From NCBI GenBank assembly GCA_964016885.1, contig OZ024751.1, positions 43,772,001 through 43,836,000 of the forward strand: a DNA stretch of 64,000 nucleotides, written 5' to 3'. Both the position numbers and the translations under genes were made by a program. The stretch comes from Eledone cirrhosa. Its lineage: Eukaryota. Below the pieces are notes generated by a model, which worked only from the letters and a program-made list of their open reading frames with translations, ran no database searches and was not told where the DNA came from. Position 1 is the first letter of the stretch. Each line of letters starts with the position of its first letter. This document shows, in pieces, positions 27,857 to 43,251 of the stretch.

Positions 27857-28053
27857 CTGTATATACTCAAATATAAGCCGAGGAATATGTGGCCCCAAAA
27901 AAATCAATGATGGAAGGTGAGATCGGCTTATATTCAGGGCCAATATTTTGACAATTTTCACCAACTTTAAATTCTACATAAATAAGGTTTGGATTTTTTG
28001 CCTATTTCTCATACATAAAATAGTGGGGTTGGCTTATATTCGAGTACATATGG
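27857..28053. mobile_element. Tc1/mariner-superfamily (pogo/Tc2-like) MITE
   Basis: Imperfect ~25-bp TIRs CTGTATATACTCAAATATAAGCCGA / TTGGCTTATATTCGAGTACATATGG, with TA on both flanks. Confidence 0.65.
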
Positions 28054-28181
28054 TATTTGCAAATTGTAATTTTCAAGATAATCCACAAGCCTTCTTCAAT
28101 TTTAAACAGATAACTGTGTAAGTAACTGCTCAACTATTGTTGTTGTTGTTTGTTGTTGTTATAAGTTATCATCTGTTTCAG

Positions 28182-28267
28182 GTTGCCCTGGGGGCTTTCA
28201 GGTGGTTACAGGTGACGGCCCATTGCCTATGGCAATATTTGAGCTGCTTGAGTACATTGTACATGAG
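28182..28267 (+). CDS. MAP2K1: MEK1/2 exon 8a (alternative, mutually exclusive)
   Basis: TTTCAG acceptor, GAG|GTAATC donor, 86 nt, phase 1 to 0. (G)CPGGFQVVTGDGPLPMAIFELLEYIVHE. Confidence 0.85.
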
Positions 28268-28434
28268 GTAATCTAGTACAAGTTTTTGACCAGTTGCGCG
28301 TCAGTTGTTGCCATTCCGTTTCATTTATGTTCAGTGAATTATCTTTTTTACTCGAATGACTTGACTTTATTCTCATTTTTATCTCTCCTTCTCTTTCTCC
28401 CCTTCTCCTTCATGCTTTCTTCCTCTCTCACTCT

Positions 28435-28480
<46 letters not shown>

Positions 28481-28528
28481 CAAAGGTAAAAAATATAACT
28501 CTATTTGCATGTAGAGCTATAAAGGAAA

Positions 28529-28563
<35 letters not shown>

Positions 28564-30086
28564 CATAAAAAAGCACAGAAAGGAGGAAAGAAAAGAAAAA
28601 AAAGAGTATAAAATAAGGGTTGAGGTTGAACAGGGACTGAAACTAGGTCAAAATGTAAAAATACTTAAAAACTGAAATTAAGAAAGAAGAAAAATTTTTT
28701 CCAATGAAAATGGGTGTCAAAAAAGGAGGTGGGGGGGAAATAACCGCCCCCTGCTCACTAAAATATCCCCCCCCCCCGTTTTCTCCATACCATCTTAGTA
28801 ATTTCTCTGTCTTATCTTTATTATATGTTAATTATTAATTGTTAGAGCACCGGACAAAAATGCTATGTGGCACTTAGTTCAAATTCCTCCGAGGTCATCT
28901 TTGCCTTTCATTCTTTCAGAGTCGAGAAAATATAGTACCAGTAACACACTGGGGTTGATTTAATTGATTTTCCCCTTGTGCCATTATCAGAATGAGAAGC
29001 CATTATTGTTATAGTTGTTGTTGCTATTGTAGAATAAATAATTATCTAAAATACTTTGCAGTAATTAGTTTTGGTTGTTTATATTTGGTTGTTCAAATCC
29101 CAGTAAGGTTAACTTTGCTTTTCATTCTACTGGAGTGGAGCATTTCGATAAGATAAAATACTAGTCATGTACTGAGCTCAATATAATTGACTGTCCCCTT
29201 TCCCTTAAATTTCTGGCCCTGTGTTAGATTCTCAAGGGACCGGTGGGGTTGTTAAACCAGGCAACAGATTAAGTGTATTCTCCAAAATTGATGGGCTTTT
29301 GTGTAAGATAGAAATTATTATTAATTTTATGTTGTTATGGGGTCGATAAAATAAAGTACCAGTAATGTACTGGGTAATTGCTGGCCTTGTGCCAAAAGTA
29401 GAAACAATTATTATTAATTTTGTGTTGTTATTGTGTTACTGAGCACAGCTTAGTGTGCCTTGGTTATGTGCAGTGTTGTCTTTGGTGTTATTGAAAGTAC
29501 TCTTTGATATGTGTGTGCAAGGCCTTATTACTATTATTATTAGTGAGGGCATGCTTTGCAGTATTTAGTTCTGACTTTCTACATTGAGTTCAAATCATAT
29601 CAAGTTCAACTTTACCTTTCATCCTTCTTGGATTGGTAAAATAAAGTATCAGTTAAGTGTTGCGGGGGCCTGATGTAATTTATTTTCTTCTTCCCTGAAA
29701 TTGCTGGCCTTGTGCCAAAGAAAGAATAATCTTTATCATTAGTTTTATTTTCAATATGTGTTATCACTGCATTATCGAGCACAGCTATGTGTGCCTTGGC
29801 TGAACGCAGTGTTGTTTTTGGTGTTGTTATATCTATTGTGTTGAGAGTATTCTTTGTAATATGTATGCTGTGCCTAGTATTGCTATTTTCTGTATGTTGT
29901 ATATATATTTGTAATTCCTATTATTACTGATAAAGTACCAGTTCAGATCCCACTGAGGTTGTTAGGTTTGCCTGCCATCCTTACTGGGGTCGATGATATA
30001 TAGTACCGCGATTTAATTGAGTTTATCCCCCTTCTCCACATACACAAATTGCAGGCTTTGTGCCTAGATTAGAAAAATCCTGCCAC

Positions 30087-30186
30087 GGTTAACTTTGCCT
30101 TTCATCCTTACAGGGTCGATAAAATAAAGTACCAGTAATACACTGGGTAATTGCTGGCCTTGTGCCTAAAGTAGAAACAATTATTA
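30087..30186 (+). mobile_element. 5'-truncated SINE family B between exons 8a and 8b (older copies at 28870..30070)
   Basis: Matches the 3' half of 53977..54171. Confidence 0.8.
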
Positions 30187-31258
30187 TTATTATTTGTTAG
30201 CAAAACAAAAAATACTTTGGGCTAAATTTCAAGAAATGTTTAATTTTCAAGAAATAATCCATAGAAAAATTCTGTAGATTTTAGAGTTATTGAGATGACT
30301 TAATCTTGTATTTCCTGGTTTAACACCACCATCTCCAGCATCGTCACCACCATCCAGCTAGCCTTTAGGGGATTTTTGCAGAGACCCCTCTATTACAAGC
30401 GTTCAGACCAGGTTCCCAGAATGAGGATACCTCCCTCTCATCCTGCCCCCCTACTTAAAGAGGCACTCTAAAAGGTTATGGATGCTACCATTCACTCATT
30501 GACTAAACAGTAAAATGTAGTTTTAAAAAATTGAGTAAGTTTCAAAAAGCTGGTACAATACAGTAGAAATATATAAAGGGCAAAGGATTACAAATAATGT
30601 TTTAGCCAGTATATTTCAACATATTTCAGAGCTAAAACCCCTTTTCAAATCGGGAATTGAAATGGTTCAAAATAAAAACGAATTGTTTGCAGAGTGGAAA
30701 GACAAAAATAAAAAGAATGAGTGTAACTAATTGATTGGCTTTTATTTTAATGAACTAGAAGTAATTATGGATGATCACAATTTTTAATAATGATAATTAT
30801 TTGTAACAATAATGACAATACTCCACCCTTAAAACTCCCTTTCTGTCACCCCCTGCTTTCCCAAAATCTCACTTGGTTCCAAAAGAAAAGAAATAAGACA
30901 AAAAAAAAAAAAAAAAAGAGATCTACTTTAGTGCTGTTGTGTAGCTTGATTCAAACTAAGCTTTCTCTCGAACTAACTCATGGCTATCTTCAAAGGTCAA
31001 CTCGCTCTCTTCTATAACATTATCATCGTTATTATTTCTGCCGTCGCTGCTGCCACCATTGCTGCTACCACCATGACCAATACAATGCTCTACAGCTCCA
31101 TCTCTGGATTTCAAACTGTCTGGACTATAACCCAACCTGCTTCTTTATTTTTTTTTTTATTTTAATTTTAATTTTTATTTTTTTTGTTTTGTTTTTCCAC
31201 CTCTTCAGTCTGTTTATATTTAAGTTGCTATTTTTTTCTGCTTTTTTCTTGCCTTCAG

Positions 31259-31353
31259 ATAGCCGAAATAACGTTAGCTTCCAAAGTCCGCCAGGCAGTG
31301 ATGGGCCTCGTCCGATGGCCATTTTTGAGTTGTTAGATTATATCGTAAACGAG
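31259..31353 (+). CDS. MAP2K1: MEK1/2 exon 8b (alternative, mutually exclusive; closer to canonical)
   Basis: Long polypyrimidine tract plus CAG, GAG|GTATGT donor, 95 nt, phase 1 to 0. (D)SRNNVSFQSPPGSDGPRPMAIFELLDYIVNE. Confidence 0.93.
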
Positions 31354-31384
31354 GTATGTTGTGTGGGAAGAAAAAAAAATATAC

Positions 31385-31416
<32 letters not shown>

Positions 31417-33759
31417 ACAGTTTTCTTTACTAACCCATATCATTTCCTTCATCAATACATCATTCTTGCCACTTGACGCTCGTTACCACGGAGACCTCTA
31501 TCTTTGGATAATTTCTTATCCTCAAACCACTTCCATCCTTCCTGATTCTCCTTCCTTCTCTCTATCTCTCCCGCCCTCACACTATCTATACTGTCTTGGC
31601 GTAATTGCTTGTATGTGTATATATGCATGTATGTGTATTCATGTATCATCATCATCATCACTGTTTTACATCCATTTTTTCATGCTGGCATGGGTTAGAC
31701 AGGCCAGATGACTGCGTCTCTCTCGTACTATCCATTCTGGTATGGTTTCTATAGCTGTGTGTGTCTGTGTGTATATACACACTTGATAGTATATGTTTAT
31801 ACACATGTATTGCACCTTACAGGGTAGATCATCATCATCATCATTGTTTTAATGTTTGCTTACTCTGCTAGCAAGGGTTGGACGGGTCTACATAGACCAA
31901 GTCAGTACTGAAGTGGGGCTACTGATCTCCCAGTCAGGCCATGGATCTGCATCTCGCTTAAGTATGATATCACGGTCTACTGATACAACTGAAAGGGCCT
32001 CCCAACTATTGTTTGGCAGGTTTTCTACAACTGGATACCCTGCCTATCACTAACCACTTTACACCATGTACTGGCTGCATTTGTGTAGATCACCAACATG
32101 AGAGAGGCTAGATATAGATATTCATTATTCCTTTATTTATAATCAGCCATAATACTTATTTCTATGGTGTACATGATTACATAATATTGCTAATGTAATA
32201 TGTCCCACTACCCCCACCCCGTCCATACCGCCCCTTTCAATGTAAAGTTATGTTGGTACCACAACATCCAGTCCGAAACAAATGAGGTCGTGTAGGTGTC
32301 ACGACAAAAAAAAACACACAGTCCACGCTGTAATGTGGCCGTGTAGGTAACACGGTAAAAACCTCCCAGCTCCACACTGTAAATGTGGTTGGTGTTAGGA
32401 AGGGCATCCAGCCGTAGAAAACCCGCCAGACAGTCCTATGCGAGCAAGACAACCACTCTTGCCTCAAGTGGGAAAACTCCCATCCAAACCCATGCAAGCG
32501 TGGAATATAGACGTTAAACGATGATGATATATAGAAAAACATAAAATACACACATGTATATATACATTCTCTTGTCCTTGTAAAGCATGTTTCTTTCTCT
32601 CTCTAGCATGTTCTAAACTACCCCAAATATCGCCCAGTAATGTCAGTTTTGCTTTCCCTTCCCTTCCCACACCTAATTTATCTACTTTCTCAACCTTTTC
32701 CCTCACATTCACTGATGGCAATGCATTATGTCCTTGAGCAAGGCACTATATTTCATGTTGCTCCTTTAGCCAGGAATTCCACCCGACTCAGTAAGCAAAT
32801 GAGGTCTGGGATCTTGTTGATTCAGACCATTAAGCATTGTTCATTGACACAGCTACTTAGCCAGCAGGAGCTACCTTTGTATGATTGTTTGACCTGCTAG
32901 AAATCAGAGCCAAATATCCCTCTAATTACACACTACTATCAGAAAAGGAAGTGAAAGACATTTTAGGTAATGCAATTCTAGATTCTAAATACATGTCTGA
33001 ATAATAGATGAGATGGTCATGACCCAGATGCCTTTGGTTATAGATGTCTGCCCAGTCAGAGCTGACCTAGGGTTAAATAATAACTTGATTATCACAGCTC
33101 TTTTGTGCTTGTAGTATGATTTGGATTGTATATATAATATAGCACGGGTTATATTTGTGCGCGTATATACAAACATATACACATTTACACTGCATTTGTT
33201 TGTTTATGTTGCGTAAACACCACATCTAGATATACTGTACTTTCCTCTACATATGTATACATACATACATGGTGGCTGCCAACTCGTTTTCAAGTACGAC
33301 CACTACTTTATATCCATGTAGAACCCCTACCGATGCGCTGAACGAGTGTGACTTTTTAGTCCACACACACACACACGCACACGCACACGCACTTCATTTT
33401 ACATCAATTTTCCACGCTAGCATGGGTTAAACGAGATGTCCTGTTGTGGGCAATGCTAGGTCAAGTGACCATGTCTTGCACATACAGAATTGATTTTGGC
33501 TCGGTTTCTACAGCTGTATGCTCTTCCTAACGCGTGTGTGTGTGTATATATATAAACACAGCACTGGCTACATTCATCATCATCTTCGTTTAACGTCCAT
33601 TTTCCACGCTAGCATGGGTAGTGTAATAGTTAATGTAACTGTTTGCACTATATGCCCCAGAGTTGTTTATCTTCCTCTTTCACTATCTTTATGCCGTATA
33701 AACACTCTTAGTTCACCAACACCTCCACCACCATTGCCACAACTACCACTACAATCAGT

Positions 33760-35826
33760 GCCACTACCTCTTCCACCACCTCACCACTATCACCTCCACC
33801 ACCTCCACTGTAACCTCCACCACCTCCACAGTCACCACTATCACCTCCACCACCTCCACAGTCACCACTATCACCTCCACCACCTCCACAGTCACCACTA
33901 TCACCTCCACAGTCACCACTATCACCTCCACCACCTCCACAGTCACCACTATCACTACCACCACCTCTACCGTCACAATCACCACCACCTCTACCACCTC
34001 TACCATCACAATCACCACCACCACCTCTACCATCACAATCACCACCACCACCTCTACCATCACCACCACCACCACCTCTACCATCACAATCACCACCACC
34101 GCCACCTCTACCGTCACAATCACCACCACCACCTCTACCGTCACAATCACCACCACCACCTCTACCGTCACAATCACCACCACCACCTCTACCATCACAA
34201 TCACCACCACCAACTCTACCATCACCACCACCACCACCTCTACCATCACAATCACCACCACCGCCACCTCTACCATCACAATCACCACCACCACCACCTC
34301 TACCGTCACAATCACCACCACCACCTCTACCGTCACAATCACCACCACCACCTCTACCATCACAATCACCACCACCACCTCTACCATCACAATCACCACC
34401 ACCACCACCTCTACCATCACAATCACCACCACCACCACCTCTACCGTCACAATCACCACCACCACCTCTACCATCACAATCACCACCACCACCTCTACCA
34501 TCACAATCACCACCACCACCACCTCTACCATCACAATCACCACCACCACCACCACCTCTACCATCACAATCACCACCACCACCACCTCTACCATCACAAT
34601 CACCACCACCACCACCTCTACCGTCACAATCACCACCACCACCACCTCTACCGTCACAATCACCACCACCACCACCACCTCTACCGTCACAATCACCACC
34701 ACCACCTCTACCGTCACAATCACCACCACCACCACCTCTACCGTCACAATCACCACCACCACCACCTCTACCATCACAATCACCACCACCACCACCTCTA
34801 CCATCACAATCACCACCACCACCTCTACCGTCACAATCACCACCACCACCACCTCTACCGTCACAATCACCATCACCACCACCTCTACCGTCACAATCAC
34901 CACCACCACCACCTCTACCGTCACAATCACCATCACCACCACCTCTACCGTCACAATTACCACCACCAACACCTCTACCGTCACAATCACCACCACCACC
35001 ACCTCTACCATCACAATCACCACCACCTCCTCCGTCACAATCACCACCACCACCACCTCTACCATCACAATCACCACCACCACCTCTACCATCACAATCA
35101 CCACCACCACCTATACCATCACAATCACCACCACCACCACCTCTACCGTCACAATCACCACCACCACCACCTCTACCGTCACAACCACCACCACCTCTAC
35201 CGTCACAACCACCACCACCTCTACCATCACAATCACCACCACCTCTACCATCACAATCACCACCACCTCTACCATCACAATCACCACCACCTCTACCATC
35301 ACAATCACCACCACCTCTACCATCACAATCACCACCACCACCACCTCTACCATCACAATCACCACCACACCTCTACCATCACCACCACCTCTACCATCAC
35401 AATCACCACCACACCTCTACCATCACCACCACCTCTACCATCACAATCACCACCACACCTCTACCATCACAATCACCACCACCACCTCTACCATCACAAT
35501 CACCACCACCACCTCTACCATCACAATCACCACCACACCTCTACCATCACAATCACCACCACCACCTCTACCATCACAATCACCACCACCACCTCTACCA
35601 TCACAATCACCACCACCACCTCTACCATCACAACCACCACCACCCCTACCATCACAACCACCACCACCTCTACCGTCACAATCACCACCACCACCTCTAC
35701 CGTCACAATCACCACCACCACCTCTACCATCACAACCACCACCACCTCTACCGTCACAATCACCACCACCACCTCTACCATCACAATCACCACCACCACC
35801 TCTACCATCACAATCACCACCACCAC
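33760..35826. repeat. (CAC)n-based minisatellite CTCTACCRTCACAAT(CAC)n
   Basis: Direct inspection; source of the poly-His and poly-Val ORF artefacts. Confidence 0.95.
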
Positions 35827-35904
35827 TTCTTTTTTGGTTTTCTTAATCTCATAAATTGACTTTTTACTTCATCTTTGTTGCACTTTTTGACAAATTTCAG
35901 AACT

Positions 35905-37910
<2,006 letters not shown>

Positions 37911-40604
37911 TAAGTACATATCTTAATACCTGCTTCCTCCTTTCCATTTTTTGTAATATTTACCTCCTGTATTTCCAATTTAAAATATGTCAACCAAGAT
38001 TTTCACCCAAGATCGAGGTCTCCAAAATATATATTCTTTTTTTTTTTGTTGATTCTTAATTTCTATACATTTTATTTGTTTCATTTTGTTTACAATTTCT
38101 TTCATTTCCAATTAAAATCTTAGTTATAATTTTGTTAGATTAACTAATTAATTAATTTAGCTTTTAAAATTTTTTCTTTTTTTATGACTTTGTTTCACTT
38201 TTCCTTTAAAAAAAAAAAATTTTTTTTTTTTTTTAAAAACCTTTATTAATTTGGCCTCTGCTTAATTAAAAAGCTTATCTGGTCAGTCTAGTAGCAATGA
38301 CTTTAGTTATCTAACAATACCTCACACAGCCACCAATGTTTTGTTTCACGCCTCATAACTAGAATACAGCTTTCTCTTCACTTGCCTAGTTCGGATCTTG
38401 TTGTCAGCACATTGAGGATGAGATTTCACCAAGAAAAAAGCCTGCTAATAATAATAGTAATAATGAGCTTTCATCACAATGTCTAGCGTTATTCACTGGA
38501 TGTTCACTGTGAATTCTACATGTCTATACCGTTCACCTTTTGTGTACCTATGCTGTTTCACTGTCATCTTGTAGAGTTTCTTCTTCTACTTCACTCTGCT
38601 CCTCTTCCTCTATATAGAATTCTAAAAACACAGTCTTCAATTGCACTGTCATTTCTGCTTCTTTCTTACTTTTTCTTTCTTGTTCTTGTATTCTTCATCT
38701 TGTTATTATTACTAAAGGTTTACTGAAGCTGGACTGGATTAGCAGAGGCATTCAAGCATCAGAAGAATGCTTAGCAGTATTCTTTCTGGTTGTCTGCCCA
38801 CTGGTACAATATAATACCAGTTAAATACTGAGGTTTTTAATGATTTAATTAGATTTGGGGGAACGTAATTGATATTTTGGTTTTGGAATAATGAACTGGT
38901 TCCTTCCATAATATTCTAATATCTGGGAAAGATATTATCCCCCATAATGTCAATATGAAAGACAGTCTCATGTGAAATCACAAGGGTGGGGAGGGGCCAA
39001 GTTTTCTTCACCCCACAACATGAAGCTACTGGGAGAAAGACAAAATCCCACATGAAGCTACTGGGAGAGAAAGAGACCAGACCCATTCTCTTTAAGAAGA
39101 CAATCACTCAGATCCTTCATCAACACAAATAAAATTAATGACCCCATAACATTGTTTATTGTTATACATCCTCTTTCATCCTTGATTAATTAATGATATC
39201 TCTTAATTAATATTGTTTTTAGCACCTCGTGTCCAACAGTTAATAAACTCAACCCTGTCCCCACCACCAGATTTTAGGGTTTTCTTTTTCTTTTATTAAG
39301 CAATGGGTTTGTCTTTTCTGTTTGACAATTTTTTTTCTAAAACAACCAAAGAAAAGAAAGCAAGCCATGTAGTTTATTTCTTCAAAATGATATCACCACT
39401 GCTGAAACTGTAAAGGTAGTACCAGTAAAATATTTGGTTGCAATGAGAAACCAATATTGCTCTTGAACTGAAGAGAAAGTCTCTACATGGTTACTTAACC
39501 TGACAGAAATAATAGCCAAGTGTCCCTCAAATTATACCATGCCATCTTAAAAAGGACAGTTGTATTAATAATGTAGTGTTAAAAACACTACATCTATAAA
39601 AAGAGATGAAATAGTTGTAACTAAAGTACCTGGGGAAAATGCAGTTATTTTGAAAATTATGATTCTGTGTGGAGAAATTTATAGAAAACCATGACATAAT
39701 TCTGTTGTATATTTACTGAAATGGTTGATCAGTTGGATGGTGTAAAGCTCCACTTCGTACTGAAGGTAAAGTCTTAAAGAACAGCTTTAAAAATTGTATT
39801 TTTTGTTATAGACATGTGTCACCTTTTCTACTATGAGATATGTGGTCTAGTATTTGTATCATTTTAATATCTGCTTTCCCTGCTAGCAAGTTTTGGATAG
39901 GTCTACATAGACCAAGTCATTACAGAAGCAAGGCTACTGATCTCCGAGACAGGCCAGTGATCTGCATCTCACTTATGTACAGTTTCATGTTCTATCAAGT
40001 GTACAGGAGAGGTTGTCATGTCTTTGACAACAACTGAAGAGTCCTCCCAACCCTTTGTTTGGTAAGCTTTTTATAGCTGGATGCCCTTCCTATCACCAAA
40101 CACTTTACAGTGTGTACTATGCGCGTTTATATACCTGTAATATTATTCTACTGCAGCACGATCATGTTGGTAAAGCTTTAATAAATCTGAATGTGATCAG
40201 TCAATTGTCTTACACATTTATATTGATCACATTATTTGTATCTTAGATTATGTGCTCAATATGGCGCCATAGTTAAAGCATTACATAGTAGAATAATATT
40301 TCAATTTATTAGCTTAACTACCGAGTTATCTTCTCCCTAATAAATTTTTCCATAAATTATCTCCCCTAAGCACCCACAGTATATGATAACGCTATATGTG
40401 TGTGTGTAGATACACACACATACACACACACACACACAGAATAGTGGTAACTGAGACTGCTTCAATGTATAAATTTACACATTTTTGTTATATAGACATG
40501 TAAACATGCCATGTGTTTATGTATGTATTTTATGATGATGTATAATAATGTATACTCTATGGAAGTAGAGAGACTGAACAAATGTCTCTCTCTCTCTACA
40601 CACA

Positions 40605-40651
<47 letters not shown>

Positions 40652-41334
40652 ATGTATATATATATATACATACATCATACCTATCTAAAGTACTAGGACT
40701 GCATGTATGTGGATAAATTGTGTATCAAATGTAGGTATGTGAACTTGTTCGCAATTTACCGTGTATATATATATATGTGCGTGTGTGTGTGTGTATGTAA
40801 ATATATATATATGTGTGTGTGTGTGTATATATATATATATGTGTGTGTATGTATGTGTATATATATATATTTTTATTTGTGTATGTGTACATTTGTGTAA
40901 TTTTGTAACTATCAGCTTTGCCAAGCCTCTTATATTTGCAATAGTGGCAGCAGGGGGGGGGGGGGGGAGGTTAAGGTAACGCTACAGCAATGGGACTGTC
41001 CTTGTCACTTGTCACAGCGCTTGTCTGGCTGTCAACTTTTGTTGTCTTGCATGCACCTACTCACTTCTGCTCAATTCTCTCAAACTTCATCTGGTCCTGT
41101 TGTGTTTCTGTTGATGCTATGTAGCTATTTTATTATACTGAGAAAGGCATGAAGATCACATAATCTTATTGCCTTCCACTGCAAATATCAGACTTTATGC
41201 CTCAACATGTTCTTATTTCTCACCTACTCATTTTTTTTTTTTTTTGTGTCACAATAATTGTTGTTTGTCACCCACCCTCCACCTTTGTATTCCATTTGCC
41301 CCCTCCCCTCTAGTAATGTCACTCCCTATGTTTT

Positions 41335-41765
41335 ATATTGTCAGCCCCTCTGTATTCTATCTCCACCTGCCCCTTGTTAATGTCACCCCCTCTATATTCC
41401 CCATCTCCACCCCTTGTTAATGTCACCCCCTCTATATTTGCCATCTCCACCCCTTGCTAATGTCACCCCCTCTATATTCCCTATCTCCACTCCTTGTTAA
41501 TGTAACCCCCCCCCCTCTATATTCCCTATCTCCACCCCTTGCTAATGTCACCCCCTCTATATTACCTATCTCCATCCCTTGCTAATGTCACCCCCTCTAT
41601 ATTCCTTATCTCCACCCCTTGCTAATGTCACCCCCTCTATATTCCCTATCTCCATCCCTTGCTAATGTCACCCCCTCTATATTCCCTATCTCCATCCCTT
41701 GCTAATGTAACCCCTCTCTATACCCTATCTCCATCCCTTGCTAATGTAACCCCTCTCTATATTGT
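41335..41765. repeat. ~40-bp minisatellite, ~11 copies
   Basis: Unit GCTAATGTCACCCCCTCTATATTCCCTATCTCCAYCCCTT. Confidence 0.9.
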
Positions 41766-41933
41766 CTCTACCCCTGCCCCATTTAAATATTTTCATATTT
41801 CATATTATTTTCAATCAGAAAAAATATCCATTTATTGATAATGTTATTTATTTGTTTTTTATCAGTTGTTTTGGAAAATATTAAATGTAAAAAAAAACAT
41901 ATAAACATATAGATTTTTAGATGTGTTATTTTC

Positions 41934-41980
<47 letters not shown>

Positions 41981-42324
41981 TGAAGTGTGTGTTTGTGAAA
42001 AAGATTCTATAGTGTGTGTGTGAAAAATTTGATAGTGTATTTGTGTGTATATGTGAAAGATTCTATTGTGTGGTCTGTGTGTGTGAAAGATTCCTATTGT
42101 TTGATGTAGGAATGTGATGTTGTGAATCACTTTTAATTAAAAGGTAAAAATTCTTTCTTGACGAAGAAACAATAATTTGACTTTGCTGTTTATTTACTTT
42201 GATACTTAAGTACAAAAGGCGACTGTGACCTCTGGCGTCACGCAGTAATAGCGAATACCTGACCCCCCCCCCCCCACGGGTACAAGCCGAAACTGAAGCA
42301 TATAGACAATATGGCCCCACACCC

Positions 42325-42585
42325 TCCCACTGCAAAGTGGTCATGGAGGTGCCACGGCAAAAATGCACCCAGCCCACTCTGTAAAGTGGACGCGTAGGCG
42401 CCACGGAAAAAAAGCACCCAGCACTCACTGTAAAGGAGGTTGGTGTTAGGAAGGGCATCCAGCTGTAGAAATCAAGCCAGAATCAGTTCCCATATGAGCA
42501 AGACATGGTTCGGACACTGCCCACAACAGGACAACCCGTCTAACCCATGCTAGCGTGGAAGAACGGACGTAAAACGGTGATGATA
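42325..42585 (+). mobile_element. SINE family A 3' part; other partial copies near 2706, 7125, 16735(-), 20465, 24150, 32255, 33395(-), 62700
   Basis: GGTGCCACGG...AAAGCACCCAGCACTCACTGTAAA...GGAAGGGCATCCAGCTGTAGAAA...GGACGTAAA. Confidence 0.75.
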
Positions 42586-42785
42586 ATGAATACCACCGTG
42601 AAGCCAGAAAGCCTTGTAGATACACAGACAGAAATCCACTTTTATTATTATAGATGGGTCAGGAGTAATTTGGCCACCACTGCTGACCCACCCGTGAGGT
42701 GTTACCGTTGAGGTTTGAAACACAATGACTAAGGATATGTTCACTAAATGTGAATGAATGAATGTGAGGCATCTTCTTGAAGATG

Positions 42786-42885
42786 TAATAATTGTTTCTA
42801 CTTTAGGCACAAGGCCAGCAATTACCCAGTGTATTACTGGTACTTTATTTTATCGACCCCGTAAGGATGAAAGGCAAAGTCAACC
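42786..42885 (-). mobile_element. 5'-truncated SINE family B with 17-bp TSD, 180 nt upstream of exon 9
   Basis: CTTGAAGATGTAATAAT occurs at 42776..42792 and 42885..42901. The body is the reverse complement of 30087..30186. Confidence 0.85.
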
Positions 42886-43065
42886 TTGAAGATGTAATAA
42901 TGTCTTGTGTGTTGTGTATGTATGTATAGGTTGTGTATGTGTGTGTGTTGCTTATGGCATGTGTATGTATGTTTTACCATGTTAAAGTATATAGCTTGCT
43001 GCTACTAATATTAATTACATGTTTTATAATGAACTGTTTTTAATGAATTGTTTTCCGTTTTTTAG

Positions 43066-43127
43066 CCACCACCTTCATTACCAAAAGGAAAATTTTCCCC
43101 AGAATTCATAGATTTTGTGGATAGATG
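43066..43127 (+). CDS. MAP2K1: MEK1/2 exon 9
   Basis: 62 nt, TTTAG/GTAAGT boundaries. PPPSLPKGKFSPEFIDFVDR(C). Confidence 0.95.
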
Positions 43128-43251
43128 GTAAGTTGTTATCATCCTGGATTTGGTCTCTTAAGTCTGTCAGTCTTGGGACCAGGCTGTTGCCTGATCATGG
43201 AAAAATGCTGGGCAAAACAGAAAATTGACACCATTGTCTGTAGTTCATCAG

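Noticed and set aside
30980-31030. MAIFK peptide as a possible third exon-8 copy
   Set aside because: Similarity stops after four residues, and no matching acceptor or donor is present at the expected positions.
39223-39280. Acceptor-like TTTTTAG followed by a frame reading PRVQQLINSTLSPPPDFR
   Set aside because: No MAIFELL homology, no credible donor, and a stop in the phase needed after exon 8.
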